From Bacteroidota bacterium (GTDB lineage: Bacteria > Bacteroidota > Bacteroidia > Chitinophagales > Chitinophagaceae), in contig JANMEU010000004.1 of NCBI GenBank assembly GCA_031377245.1, positions 60,359-124,358 on the forward strand: a stretch of DNA of 64,000 nt, in the 5' to 3' direction. The notes beneath the pieces are model-generated. The model saw only the letters and a program-made list of their open reading frames with translations. It was not told where the DNA came from and did not search any database. A program made the translations under genes and the position numbers. This document shows, in pieces, positions 27,681 to 37,725 of the stretch. The stretch's first letter is position 1. Each line of letters begins with the position of its first letter.

Positions 27681-30600
27681 ATGTTACGAACGACTATGAA
27701 AAAAATTATTGTACAAATCTTTTTTTGTGCCTTTTGCTTACCCGTTTTTGCACAATCAAGCCTATACGTTACCGCAACCGGCACTGGTATAGGTACAAAG
27801 GCTAGCCCTGCAAGTTTATCTAACGCTTTACTAATTGCAACCCCTGGTACGGTAATTAAAATGGCAACCGGTACTTATACTATTAATAACCCGCTTAATC
27901 TGATAAACGGCGTTACCCTCGAGGGAGGTTTTCAAGCCGGGGCAGCCTGGGTAAAAACCAGTATACCCGGTGCTACAGTCATTAACCGTAGTACATCAAA
28001 TCCTGAGGGTGTCCCAAACCAGCAAAGACTGGTGTGTGTGTATGGCAATAATGTGTCTAATTTCAGGTTACAGGATATTACCATTACCACTGCAAATGCA
28101 AATATACCCGGAGAATCAACCTATGGTATTCACTTAACCAATTGCTCAAATTATAATATTATAAGAACGGATGTACTAGCCGGAAACGCAGCAGCCGGAC
28201 AGTCAGGTACTGCTGGCACTGCCGGCTTAAATGGTACAAACGGGGGTGCTGGTTTTAATGGAGATGGAGACGATAATAACTTAAATGCACGTGGGGGTAA
28301 TGGAGGCGCAGGTGCTGGGCCGGGTGGTGCCGGGGGTGCTGGTGGTTCTGTATCGGTTAGTGCCAATAGCGGTAATGGCGCCAATGGCGTTACATCGGCA
28401 AGCATAAGGGCTGGCGGTGGCGGTGGTGGTGGGGGTGCAGGTGGTAGAGAGAATTTTGATACACGGGGAGGAACGGGAGGAAATGGTGGAGGAGTAAATG
28501 GTGGTGCAGTGCAAACTGGCGGTGGATTAGGAGGAGCATGGGGCGATCCCGGACAAACAGGCCAAAATGGCACTGCTGGAACTGCTGGCGCTGTAGGAGC
28601 TGCTGGCGCTGTTGGGGTTGCTGGTATGCATACAGGGGGCTTTTGGGTGCCAGGTGTGCAAGCTGGAACAGGTGCTGACGGCAATGGTGGAAGAGGTGGC
28701 GTAGGCGGCGGCGGCGGCGGCGGGCAATGGTGCACTTTTTGCACTGATGGCACCGGAAATGGTGGAGGTGGAGGCGGAGGTGGTGGCCAAGGTGGTACGG
28801 GTGGTACTGGCGGACGTGGTGGCGGAAACAGCTATGGACTATATTTAGTTAATAATGGAGCAAACGGTATTGTAGACCAATCAAGAATTAATGCAGGTAA
28901 TGGCGGAGCCTTCAGTTCCGGGGGTGCTGGCGGTGCTGGCGGTGGTGGCGGTGCTGGTGGTCTTGGTGCTTCAGCTTGGACGGGTGAAGTAGGTCGTGGC
29001 GGCAATGGCGGTGCTGGCGGTGTTGGCGGTGCTGGTGGTGCTGGTGGTAGTGGTGTACCGGGGTCACCAGTCAATTTTCGCTTTGAATCAGGTACCGTGT
29101 TGGTTACAAATAACGCTGCATTTAACCTTGCAGGGCAGCCTGTAATTACTGTTGAGGATATAGATGCAACTGGTCTATCCATTAATTTTACCAACCCATC
29201 AAGCGTAACCTGGGATTTTGGAGCCAGTGCTGCTCCACAAAACCCTGTTGGTGCAAGCGTAAACACCATCTTTTCAACACAAGGAAGAAAAGATATAATA
29301 GCTGGGGCAAATACCTACTTAGGTTTTGCCAACATTAACAAAGGCCCGGCCACGGGATTAAATTTTGACGGTGTAAACGACCGCATAGATTGCGGAGCAG
29401 GTGCAAGTATAACCAACTTAGGAAGGGATGGCTTTACAATTGAAGCCTGGATTAACCCAACCGCTGTTGCAGCCACACATGCCATTGTGCAAAAAGATGG
29501 CGATTATAATTTCTACATTTTAAACAATAAGCTGGTAGTGGAAATATGGAACCTAGGTACAGGCAATACAGCCCGTCAGGTGGTTACCGGTACTAGTAAT
29601 ATAGCTACCAATAATTGGACTCATGTGGCAGCCAAATGGAATGGAACCAATGCTACTTTTTATATTAATGGCGTTATTGATCCATCAGCACTGGTGTCAA
29701 ACACATCTACCGCAACTGGAAATCTTTTAATCGGAAATTCTGCTTCCTTAAATCGTTCTTTTAATGGAACGATGGATGAATTAAGGATTTGGAACCGTCC
29801 TTTATGCGTAGGAGAAATCCAAAATAACATGAATTGTAATCTTAATCCGGCTGGTCAAACAGGGCTGCTGGCACTATATGATTTTGATGAAGGAATTGCT
29901 TATTATGACAATGCTACAACAACAACGCTTTCTGATGCAAGCGGCAACAGCAACAACGGTACTTTACAAACTTTCGCTTTGTACAATGGTATATCCAATT
30001 GGGTGTATGGTAATGCCAGTGGTACCTGCACGGCTTTTACCTATACTAACCTAGCTGGTACCACAGGCGGCCCTACGGTTACTGCTTCGGAAGTAGTTGA
30101 TGCAGCAGGCACTGTGTACATTGCAGAAAATTGCGACCTTATCGCAAAAATACTTCCCTCGGGAGCCGCTCCGGTAAATGGCAGTATAACTTGTAAAGTA
30201 ATAATTGATGCAACTGTGCAAGTATTCAATGCCGACCCCTATGTACAGCGACATTACGATATAGAGCCCGTTAATAATGCGGCAAACGCAACTGCAACAA
30301 TTACCTTATATTTTACACAAACAGATTTTGATAACTATACAGCAGCGAGTGGTGCCTTTCCAGATTTGCCTACCGGCCCTGGCGATGCTGCTGGTATTGC
30401 CAACTTACGTATTACCCAATACCATGGTACTGGTACACAACCCGGAGCTTATACGGGTTCTGCAATTTTAGTTAACCCTGTTGATACAGACATTGTTTGG
30501 GATGCAATTTTAAACAGATGGGGTATCACTATTAATGTAGTTGGATTTAGCGGATTTTATGTACACACTAGGTCTTTCGGTGAATATCCACTATCTGCCT

Positions 30601-31145
30601 ACCAAGTTAATTTAAGTGGTAACAATAAGGGAAACAACAATGAATTAAAGTGGAACTGTTCGGTTGATGAGCCCGGAACAAGGTTTGAACTAGAAAGAAG
30701 TAAGGATGGTATCAACTTTAACCGAATATATACTGTATCGGCTTCAGCTATTGGCATACCCAATTCAATTTATACCTATTCCGATCCAATAGGCAGTAGT
30801 CGTCCAGTATATTTCTATCGCATAAAAATGATTTTACCATCAGGAGCAATAAAGCTTAGTAGTCAATTAAAAATAAATCCGGCAATTAAAGCTTTTAAGG
30901 TGAGTGCGTCTCCAAATCCGTTTACCGATAATTTGCAGGTTATTATTAACTCCCCTTTAGCAACACAGGCTCAAATAGGGATTATTAATACGAATGGACA
31001 GGTTGTTGCAAACCGGAGAGAGACCTTTAGATCGGGTGTTAATACTATTTCCATTACTAATCTTGTTGATTTACCTACCGGTACTTACTTTATAATGATT
31101 ACTACCGAAAATCAAAAACAAACTATTAAAGTAGTAAAAAAATAA
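27681..31145 (+). CDS. T9SS type-A cargo: beta-helix (DUF1565-like) + polyglycine-rich region + LamG-like domain + CTD
   Basis: LYVTATG.G.GT..SP.SL..AL...PGTVI...GTY start; about 290 aa of G-G-x repeats; FDGVNDRI...FTIEAWI...MDELRIWN LamG; SPNPFTD...G.Y CTD. Confidence 0.85.
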   Translation: MLRTTMKKIIVQIFFCAFCLPVFAQSSLYVTATGTGIGTKASPASLSNALLIATPGTVIKMATGTYTINNPLNLINGVTLEGGFQAGAAWVKTSIPGATVINRSTSNPEGVPNQQRLVCVYGNNVSNFRLQDITITTANANIPGESTYGIHLTNCSNYNIIRTDVLAGNAAAGQSGTAGTAGLNGTNGGAGFNGDGDDNNLNARGGNGGAGAGPGGAGGAGGSVSVSANSGNGANGVTSASIRAGGGGGGGGAGGRENFDTRGGTGGNGGGVNGGAVQTGGGLGGAWGDPGQTGQNGTAGTAGAVGAAGAVGVAGMHTGGFWVPGVQAGTGADGNGGRGGVGGGGGGGQWCTFCTDGTGNGGGGGGGGGQGGTGGTGGRGGGNSYGLYLVNNGANGIVDQSRINAGNGGAFSSGGAGGAGGGGGAGGLGASAWTGEVGRGGNGGAGGVGGAGGAGGSGVPGSPVNFRFESGTVLVTNNAAFNLAGQPVITVEDIDATGLSINFTNPSSVTWDFGASAAPQNPVGASVNTIFSTQGRKDIIAGANTYLGFANINKGPATGLNFDGVNDRIDCGAGASITNLGRDGFTIEAWINPTAVAATHAIVQKDGDYNFYILNNKLVVEIWNLGTGNTARQVVTGTSNIATNNWTHVAAKWNGTNATFYINGVIDPSALVSNTSTATGNLLIGNSASLNRSFNGTMDELRIWNRPLCVGEIQNNMNCNLNPAGQTGLLALYDFDEGIAYYDNATTTTLSDASGNSNNGTLQTFALYNGISNWVYGNASGTCTAFTYTNLAGTTGGPTVTASEVVDAAGTVYIAENCDLIAKILPSGAAPVNGSITCKVIIDATVQVFNADPYVQRHYDIEPVNNAANATATITLYFTQTDFDNYTAASGAFPDLPTGPGDAAGIANLRITQYHGTGTQPGAYTGSAILVNPVDTDIVWDAILNRWGITINVVGFSGFYVHTRSFGEYPLSAYQVNLSGNNKGNNNELKWNCSVDEPGTRFELERSKDGINFNRIYTVSASAIGIPNSIYTYSDPIGSSRPVYFYRIKMILPSGAIKLSSQLKINPAIKAFKVSASPNPFTDNLQVIINSPLATQAQIGIINTNGQVVANRRETFRSGVNTISITNLVDLPTGTYFIMITTENQKQTIKVVKK

Positions 31146-31158
31146 TAGGGCATACCTT

Positions 31159-31199
31159 AAAAAATCTCCTGTTCAAACTAAAAGAACAGGAGATTTTTT
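31159..31199 (+). terminator. Intrinsic terminator
   Basis: AAAAAATCTCCTGTTC-9 nt-GAACAGGAGATTTTTT after the T9SS gene. Confidence 0.9.
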
Positions 31200-31319
31200 T
31201 TCGAGTTTTTAGTAGTTGATGTTTTTGTTAACGGGTAGTTTTATTACCTAAATCATATTTTATACCTACCTGTATTTATTGGTGAAACTGTTTTAAATTG
31301 AAACTCTTTACAAAACTGC

Positions 31320-32768
31320 ATGAAAGGACTCTTTACAAAATATAAAAAAGAAACGTGGTTAACTATTGGTGTTTTTTTATTTGTGTTGATGTTTGGCATT
31401 AATCCATTTGCATTATCAACCAAAGCCAACTTAGTTTTAAGCATAGGTATATTAATGATTAGCTGGTGGGTTTTAGAGGCTTTACCACTGGCTGTTGTAG
31501 CACTGTTACCAATTGTGCTATTTCCACTAACTGGTATAAGCACCATTAAAGAGGTTACCAAATCGTATGCGGATAGTAATATTTTTTTATTTATGGGTGG
31601 CTTTTTTATTGGCATTGCTATTGAAAAATGGAATTTACATAAACGCATTGCCTTAGGTATTATAAATATAACAGGCACAAATGGTAACCGAATTATTTTG
31701 GGTTTTATTATTTCTACGGGGCTTTTAAGTTTGTTTTTGAGTAATACGGCTACTACTATGATGATGTTTCCGATTGCTATGAGTGTTATAAATGTTATAT
31801 CATCGCACAACAAAGAAAGTACAGGTGTTAAAAATTTTAGTTTAGTATTAATGTTATGTATTGCTTATGCTAGCAATTTTGCAATTGGTACTATTATAGG
31901 CACACCGCCAAATGTAGCGTATGCAGGTTATGTACAAGAAAAATTTAACCATAGTATTGGGTTTATAAATTGGATGTTGGTTTTTACCCCACTTACTGTG
32001 TTGTTATTGCTAATGTTATATTGGGTTATGGTAAAATGGTTGTACCCAAATAATATTAAACATAGTGCCGAGGGTAAAAGCTATATAAAAACAGAATTAC
32101 AAAAATTAGGAAAATTATCTATCGCAGAAAAAAGAGTGTTGGTGGTTTTTGGCACAACTATTTTTTTATGGATATTTAAAGATTTGATTAATTCTTTTCA
32201 AAAAGCAATTGTGTTAGATGATACCATTATTGCATTAATTGGTGCCATAACTTTATTTATACTACCCAGCGGTAAAAATGCTGACCGACTTTTAGAATGG
32301 CCAGATACTACAAAAATGGCTTGGGGCATTTTATTGCTATTTGGTGGTGGTATTGCCTTAGCAAAATCGTTAGAGGATGTAAAAATTATAGATCAATTGG
32401 GTAGTTATATAGCTTCGTTTGCTACCACTAATATTTTTTTAATGATATTAATTGTTACCACTATTTCAGTTTTTTTAAGTGAGGTAATGAGTAATGTGGC
32501 TCAAGTAATTGTAATGGCGCCTGTAATTACTTCTGTTGCTATTGCCTTAAAAATAGACCCCTTGTTATTGGGCATACCCATGACGTTGGGTGCAAGTTGT
32601 GCTAGTATGTTACCCATGGGTACACCACCTAATGCTATTGTGTTTGCAAGTGGGCATATTAAAATTAAGGATATGATTAAAACGGGTTTTGTACTAAATA
32701 TTATTTGTATAATTTTTATAACCTTGTTTTGTTGGTTGTTGCAACCATTGGTGATGAGGTTGATGTAA
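31320..32768 (+). CDS. SLC13/DASS family sodium-coupled anion/dicarboxylate symporter
   Basis: FLSNTAT and VMSNVA (SNT-like) motifs; GTIIGTPPN; LPMGTPPNAIVF. Confidence 0.9.
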   Translation: MKGLFTKYKKETWLTIGVFLFVLMFGINPFALSTKANLVLSIGILMISWWVLEALPLAVVALLPIVLFPLTGISTIKEVTKSYADSNIFLFMGGFFIGIAIEKWNLHKRIALGIINITGTNGNRIILGFIISTGLLSLFLSNTATTMMMFPIAMSVINVISSHNKESTGVKNFSLVLMLCIAYASNFAIGTIIGTPPNVAYAGYVQEKFNHSIGFINWMLVFTPLTVLLLLMLYWVMVKWLYPNNIKHSAEGKSYIKTELQKLGKLSIAEKRVLVVFGTTIFLWIFKDLINSFQKAIVLDDTIIALIGAITLFILPSGKNADRLLEWPDTTKMAWGILLLFGGGIALAKSLEDVKIIDQLGSYIASFATTNIFLMILIVTTISVFLSEVMSNVAQVIVMAPVITSVAIALKIDPLLLGIPMTLGASCASMLPMGTPPNAIVFASGHIKIKDMIKTGFVLNIICIIFITLFCWLLQPLVMRLM

Positions 32769-32825
32769 CTATGTACCTATATGTTTTATAAAAGTTAAAC
32801 ACATAGGCACTTTAGAAACATAGTT
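32767..32825. repeat. Imperfect 8-9-mer (CTATG/CATAG) hairpin element between convergent genes
   Basis: AACTATGT/ACATAGTT outer arms and CCTATATGTTT/AAACACATAGG inner arms. Confidence 0.6.
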
Positions 32826-32827
32826 AT

Positions 32828-34585
32828 TTACTCTTTACACTTTTCTAAAAACTCCTTCATCCCTTCCACCACTTTATTTACAAATTGCCATTGAAAATTT
32901 TCGTCCATAATTTTCATTTCATCCTCTGGGTTGCTAATAAATAATGTTTCTAATAATGCATTAGGATACTCTGTTGGGCTGTTTAACATAAAGTTAAAAC
33001 TACCATTGTTACCATATTCTTTTAAGCCTAGTTCTAGTAATTTTTTATAAATAGAATTTCCAAAATTTTTAAAGCCAATATGCCTATAAAAAACACTTGT
33101 ACCGCTTACAGTTATAGGGTTAGCGGCAGAGTTTAAATGTACGCTAAGCAATAAATTGGGCAGACTATCTCTATAAAATAAAATGCGTTGCTTATTTTCA
33201 AAGTCTTTATCAGTAACTCTGCTCATAATAACTTTAGCTCCTTCTTTTTCTAGTGCCTGTTGAAGTTTTAAAGCAATTTGTAGAGTTATTATTTTTTCGG
33301 ATGAGCCTGTTGGTCCGCCTGCCCCAGTGTTGCTGCCGCCGTGCCCAGCATCTACACCAATAACTAAATTTGATAAACTTAAATTTTTAGGCTGTCTTCT
33401 AACTTTAATTACTAATGCATTGCCTCTGTAATAAATAAAATACCCCCAATGTTGTTGATGCTTTAATTCAATTGTAATTCTAAAAATTTCATCTTCCCTT
33501 TGTTCGTAATAAACATTTTTTATTTCTTGGCAGCTTTCTAATTGAGTTATCCAATTGGTATTATTAGTTGCCCCAAAAACATCTACTACAATTTTATTGG
33601 GATTAATAAGCTGCATACTTTGGTAGGGCAATTTTGTAGTTAGCCCAAGTGTTACATAGTCGTAAGTGCTATCGCCATAAACACTCCAAGCATTGGTTAA
33701 ACTCTCTGGCGTAAACGTTCCTTTGGGTAAAAATTCTATTACATCATCTGGTACATAAGCTGTTCTATATTTACTTAATTGCACTTTATAATTACTACCT
33801 ACTTTACCTATAACATTTAATTGTATGGCGCTATCTATATAACCAATTTTTGCTCCACCCAATCTATCCTCTCCTAAGCCAAAAAGCAAATGAGCTAGTC
33901 TGCCCTTTGTAATTGCAATATTGGGTGCCAATGAGCTAAACATACTTATCCAATTGGTAGTTTTTGTGTCAAATGACTTTCCTACTTTATCGGTAAGGGT
34001 TATAGGCAGTTTTGTAACCAAAAAGCTATCTGTTTCTTTTACCACATATTCGCCTTGGTAAATGCCTGGTGTTTTATTTTGGGTAGATGTTGGCATTTCG
34101 TAAAGTGGAATTGTACCATTTACAACTACGTTACAATTGGGTAAAGCCTTTACTTTAAACTTAATTCTATCTCCAGGTTTTACATATAAGTTTCCTTCGG
34201 GTAAAACAGCTATGTTTGTTATTGTTAACGTTTTTACTGTGTCAGGCAATGTTGGTAAACTATAGCTGTACGTTATTTTTTTTGAGGCAGATTTAATTTC
34301 TGAGTTTGTTGCTATAAGTGTAAACGCTGTATCGCCTGCATTAAGATTTACTTCATACGCAAATGCCCCAGTTGCATACACTTTTACAGGGTTATTATTT
34401 ATAGTTAGGCTACAAGTTTTGCAAGTACTACCAACTAAAAATTGTTTGGATGATTTTACAACTAGGTTTTCTTTGGTAGGCTGTACAAGTTTTATAAATG
34501 GATTATCTACTGTTTGAGAATTACTTACATTTGCCCAAACCATCAATAAAAGTATAAAAATCTGTTTCATTCCTACAAAATTCAA
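32828..34585 (-). CDS. N-acetylmuramoyl-L-alanine amidase (Amidase_3) with N-terminal Ig/AMIN-like domains
   Basis: IGVDAGHGG...E...SVHLNS...LLETLFISN zinc/catalytic motifs; signal peptide. Confidence 0.9.
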   Translation of the reverse strand: MNFVGMKQIFILLLMVWANVSNSQTVDNPFIKLVQPTKENLVVKSSKQFLVGSTCKTCSLTINNNPVKVYATGAFAYEVNLNAGDTAFTLIATNSEIKSASKKITYSYSLPTLPDTVKTLTITNIAVLPEGNLYVKPGDRIKFKVKALPNCNVVVNGTIPLYEMPTSTQNKTPGIYQGEYVVKETDSFLVTKLPITLTDKVGKSFDTKTTNWISMFSSLAPNIAITKGRLAHLLFGLGEDRLGGAKIGYIDSAIQLNVIGKVGSNYKVQLSKYRTAYVPDDVIEFLPKGTFTPESLTNAWSVYGDSTYDYVTLGLTTKLPYQSMQLINPNKIVVDVFGATNNTNWITQLESCQEIKNVYYEQREDEIFRITIELKHQQHWGYFIYYRGNALVIKVRRQPKNLSLSNLVIGVDAGHGGSNTGAGGPTGSSEKIITLQIALKLQQALEKEGAKVIMSRVTDKDFENKQRILFYRDSLPNLLLSVHLNSAANPITVSGTSVFYRHIGFKNFGNSIYKKLLELGLKEYGNNGSFNFMLNSPTEYPNALLETLFISNPEDEMKIMDENFQWQFVNKVVEGMKEFLEKCKE

Positions 34586-34691
34586 TTATTATAAATGTAT
34601 TGCATTTAGTTAAGTAAATTACAAATGTTATCAATAACAAAATTGTTTAACAAAATATTTATATTTTTGAATAAATATTTAACCCTTTTAA

Positions 34692-36065
34692 ATGAAACTT
34701 TTTTTGTCCTTTTTTTATATTTCTCTCATATGTATTAGTTCCTTTGGCCAAGCCGAAAATTCTTTTACTCCCCTCAAAGACGACTCAATTGCACTTCAGT
34801 TAATTAAGGAAAATATTAAACTTCGTTATATAGCTGATAGCATTGCCGAAAAAGGAGAAAACAAGAAATATACCATTCAAGCTTATAGAGAAAGAAAGGA
34901 TTACATAACAGAAATGTTTTCTCATAAAGAAATTTTATTTTCTGCTGAAACCAATACGTATTTAACAACGATTACCAATCAAATATTGGATGCCAACCCA
35001 TCGTTAAAGGTTTTGGGTAGTCGATTTTTATTTTCTAGAGCCTACTGGCCAAATGCATCAAGCATGGGAGAGGGAACAATTATTTTTAATATAGGTTTGT
35101 TTTACAGATTACAAAACGAAAGTCAGGTGGCTTTTGTGCTTTGCCATGAGTTAGCCCATTTATATTTAAACCATTCCAACAAATCAATAAACCAATATAT
35201 TGCTACCCTTTATTCCGAAGAATTTCAGCAGAAATTAAAAGAATTAAAAAAGCAGAAATATGAAAAAAATAAAGAGTTGGCAGCGCTAGAAAAAGGTGTT
35301 GTTTATAAAAGCAGGAAGCATAGTAGAGAGCATGAAAGTGAAGCAGACTCTATGTCGGTGGCTTTTATGAAAAATACTAATTTTGATACAAGAGAGGCTA
35401 TAAGCTGCTTAAGCTTATTAGATATAATTGATAAAGATGTATTTGAAGTAGATTTATTCATGAAGCAACAATTTAATTTTGGCGACTACCCTTTTCAAGA
35501 TAAATGGTTAACAAAAGAAGAAGCTTTTTTTGGAGGCATTAGCCTTAAAGATGAAAATAACAAAGAACGAGACTCTTTAAAAACCCACCCCGATTGTAAG
35601 CAAAGAATAAGTAAGCTTGAAAGCTTTGCTAACTCTAACATTAAAAATACAGCCAAAAAAAATGTTGTAAGTGAAAATGATTTTAATAAATATAAAAAAC
35701 AATTTGGATTTGAGACAATAGAATTTTGCTACAATTCTAATAGGATATCTAAGTGTTTGTATTTAGCTATGGAAGCTTTTAAAAAATATCCAAACAATGA
35801 ATATTTAGCAACAACTGTTGCTAAATGTTTTAATAGATTTTATTTAAATCAAAAAGAGCACACACTTAATCAAATTATAGATTTGCCATCTCCTTATCAA
35901 GATGAAAAATACAATATATTACTAGTTTTTTTACAAAATACTAATATTACAGATTATATTAGCATAGCACATTATTTTATGCAACAACAGTTATCTAATT
36001 TTAATAATAGTAAAGAGTTTACATCTACTTTAAAAATAATTTCAGAGAATTATAGAAAAAAATAA
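34692..36065 (+). CDS. M48 family metallopeptidase
   Basis: PNASSMGEG, FVLCHELAH (HExxH), SREHESEAD and THP motifs; signal peptide. Confidence 0.88.
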   Translation: MKLFLSFFYISLICISSFGQAENSFTPLKDDSIALQLIKENIKLRYIADSIAEKGENKKYTIQAYRERKDYITEMFSHKEILFSAETNTYLTTITNQILDANPSLKVLGSRFLFSRAYWPNASSMGEGTIIFNIGLFYRLQNESQVAFVLCHELAHLYLNHSNKSINQYIATLYSEEFQQKLKELKKQKYEKNKELAALEKGVVYKSRKHSREHESEADSMSVAFMKNTNFDTREAISCLSLLDIIDKDVFEVDLFMKQQFNFGDYPFQDKWLTKEEAFFGGISLKDENNKERDSLKTHPDCKQRISKLESFANSNIKNTAKKNVVSENDFNKYKKQFGFETIEFCYNSNRISKCLYLAMEAFKKYPNNEYLATTVAKCFNRFYLNQKEHTLNQIIDLPSPYQDEKYNILLVFLQNTNITDYISIAHYFMQQQLSNFNNSKEFTSTLKIISENYRKK

Positions 36066-36090
36066 ACACAAACTTAAAATCAACAAATAC

Positions 36091-37662
36091 ATGAAAAAAA
36101 GTATTTATTATTTATTTGCAACACTATTAATGTGTTATTCACAAAACGGTTTAGCCCAAAACAAATTAGATATTGAAAACGTACGGTCTGTATATGCTAG
36201 AAGTAGTGGACAAATAATGGATGGGGAAGAACTCAAAGGATATTTTGTTTTTTACGAATCGGATAAGATTGATAAAAAAACATATGAATACACTGTTCAG
36301 ATTATGGATAATAATCTTAACAAGATAAAAGATATAAAATTTGAAGCAGATAAAAATATAGAAATACTAGAAAGTAGTTATAATGGAAATACTATTATGT
36401 TTTTATTTTATAATGACAAAACAAGAACCTTAGAATTTAGAAGCTATGGTTTTGATGGAAAACAAAAAACTAGTTATGAAAAAGAGTTAGGGAAGAGAAG
36501 TGATGCATTGTTAAAGGCTATTTATGGAAGTAATAGTGAAGATGCACAAAATGAAAACTTATTTAGTGTAAATAATGTTGGTTATGTATCTGTATTTCCA
36601 ATTAGAGAAAAAAAGTATTATAGTTATGAAGTTAATTTTTTCTTTACAGATAGAAAAAAACAGTGGGCATATGAAGCTGTTGAAGAACAAGAAGAGAAAT
36701 GGGCTAATGCTCAATATTTAGGCGCAACTGATTCTTTGCTAATTTTTGAGATTGTAAAACTTAAGCGTTTAAATTTATCAAATCCTCATTCGTGGATAGT
36801 AGGTATAAATATTTTTAGTGGTAAAAAAGTTTTTGAATTTTCTACAGAAGCGACAGATTATAAGTTTTTTCCAATGAATATTTCAAAAGTAAATGGAAGT
36901 TCGAATTTTTTATTGCTAGGTACTTATTATGAACCTGATGGAAGAATTATGAAAGATGCTAGCCTTGGCCTTGCTGCTTGGACATTTAATACACAAGGTA
37001 AAATTGTTAGTAAAAAATACAATTCGTGGAGTAGTGATATTGGTAAATATTTAGATGTTAGCAAAAGCGGAAAAGTTAGTGATGTAGGTTATATATATTT
37101 TCATAAAATTTTACAACTTCAAAATGGCAAATTTTTTGCAGTTGGTGAAGGATATAAAAAAGTTGCTGATGGTGCAGGCATTGCCATGCAAATTTTAGCC
37201 GGCGCAACAAGAGGGCGATCAAATGCAAGTACAGTAAAAGCTAAAATTACTGACTTAATAACTTTTGAATTTGATGAAAATTTTGTTATAAAAAATGCAA
37301 CTGTTTATGATAAAAATAGCAACAGTGTTAGTATGCCTGGGGGTTCGGAGTTTTTGACCCCACATACCATGGCTTTATTAGTTAAAGCTTTTGGAGGTTT
37401 TGATTATGATTTCACCCAAACCGATAAAGCACATACCCGTTTTTCAATAGGATATAGCGATTATGTAAAAGACAAAGAATACAAAGGCCGTACTTTTAAT
37501 GCAATAAGCTATGCAGATGGAAAAACAACTGTTGATAAAATTGAATTAAGTTCCAAGGCAAAATGGACTAGAGTATTTCCTGCAAAACCCGGTTCAATAA
37601 TGATATCGGAATATTTTAAAAAAGATAAAAAGCTTGAATTAAGATTAGAAAAAATAAATTAA
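36091..37662 (+). CDS. DUF6770-like secreted beta-rich protein
   Basis: Signal peptide; GYFVFYESDK.DKK..EY...IMDNNLN N-terminus; 25 nt downstream of the M48 gene. Confidence 0.65.
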   Translation: MKKSIYYLFATLLMCYSQNGLAQNKLDIENVRSVYARSSGQIMDGEELKGYFVFYESDKIDKKTYEYTVQIMDNNLNKIKDIKFEADKNIEILESSYNGNTIMFLFYNDKTRTLEFRSYGFDGKQKTSYEKELGKRSDALLKAIYGSNSEDAQNENLFSVNNVGYVSVFPIREKKYYSYEVNFFFTDRKKQWAYEAVEEQEEKWANAQYLGATDSLLIFEIVKLKRLNLSNPHSWIVGINIFSGKKVFEFSTEATDYKFFPMNISKVNGSSNFLLLGTYYEPDGRIMKDASLGLAAWTFNTQGKIVSKKYNSWSSDIGKYLDVSKSGKVSDVGYIYFHKILQLQNGKFFAVGEGYKKVADGAGIAMQILAGATRGRSNASTVKAKITDLITFEFDENFVIKNATVYDKNSNSVSMPGGSEFLTPHTMALLVKAFGGFDYDFTQTDKAHTRFSIGYSDYVKDKEYKGRTFNAISYADGKTTVDKIELSSKAKWTRVFPAKPGSIMISEYFKKDKKLELRLEKIN

Positions 37663-37673
37663 GCTACCCAATA

Positions 37674-37713
37674 TAAAAAAATCCATTCCGAAATTTCGGA
37701 ATGGATTTTTTTA
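37674..37713. terminator. Bidirectional terminator (40-bp perfect palindrome)
   Basis: TAAAAAAATCCATTCCGAAA/TTTCGGAATGGATTTTTTTA between convergent genes. Confidence 0.9.
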
Positions 37714-37725
37714 TTAAGTCGATCC

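Noticed and set aside
28151-29269. Pro/Ala-rich antisense ORFs (28151..28753, 28281..28514, 28527..28790, 28832..29269)
   Set aside because: Shadow frames of the GGN-codon-rich glycine region of the T9SS protein
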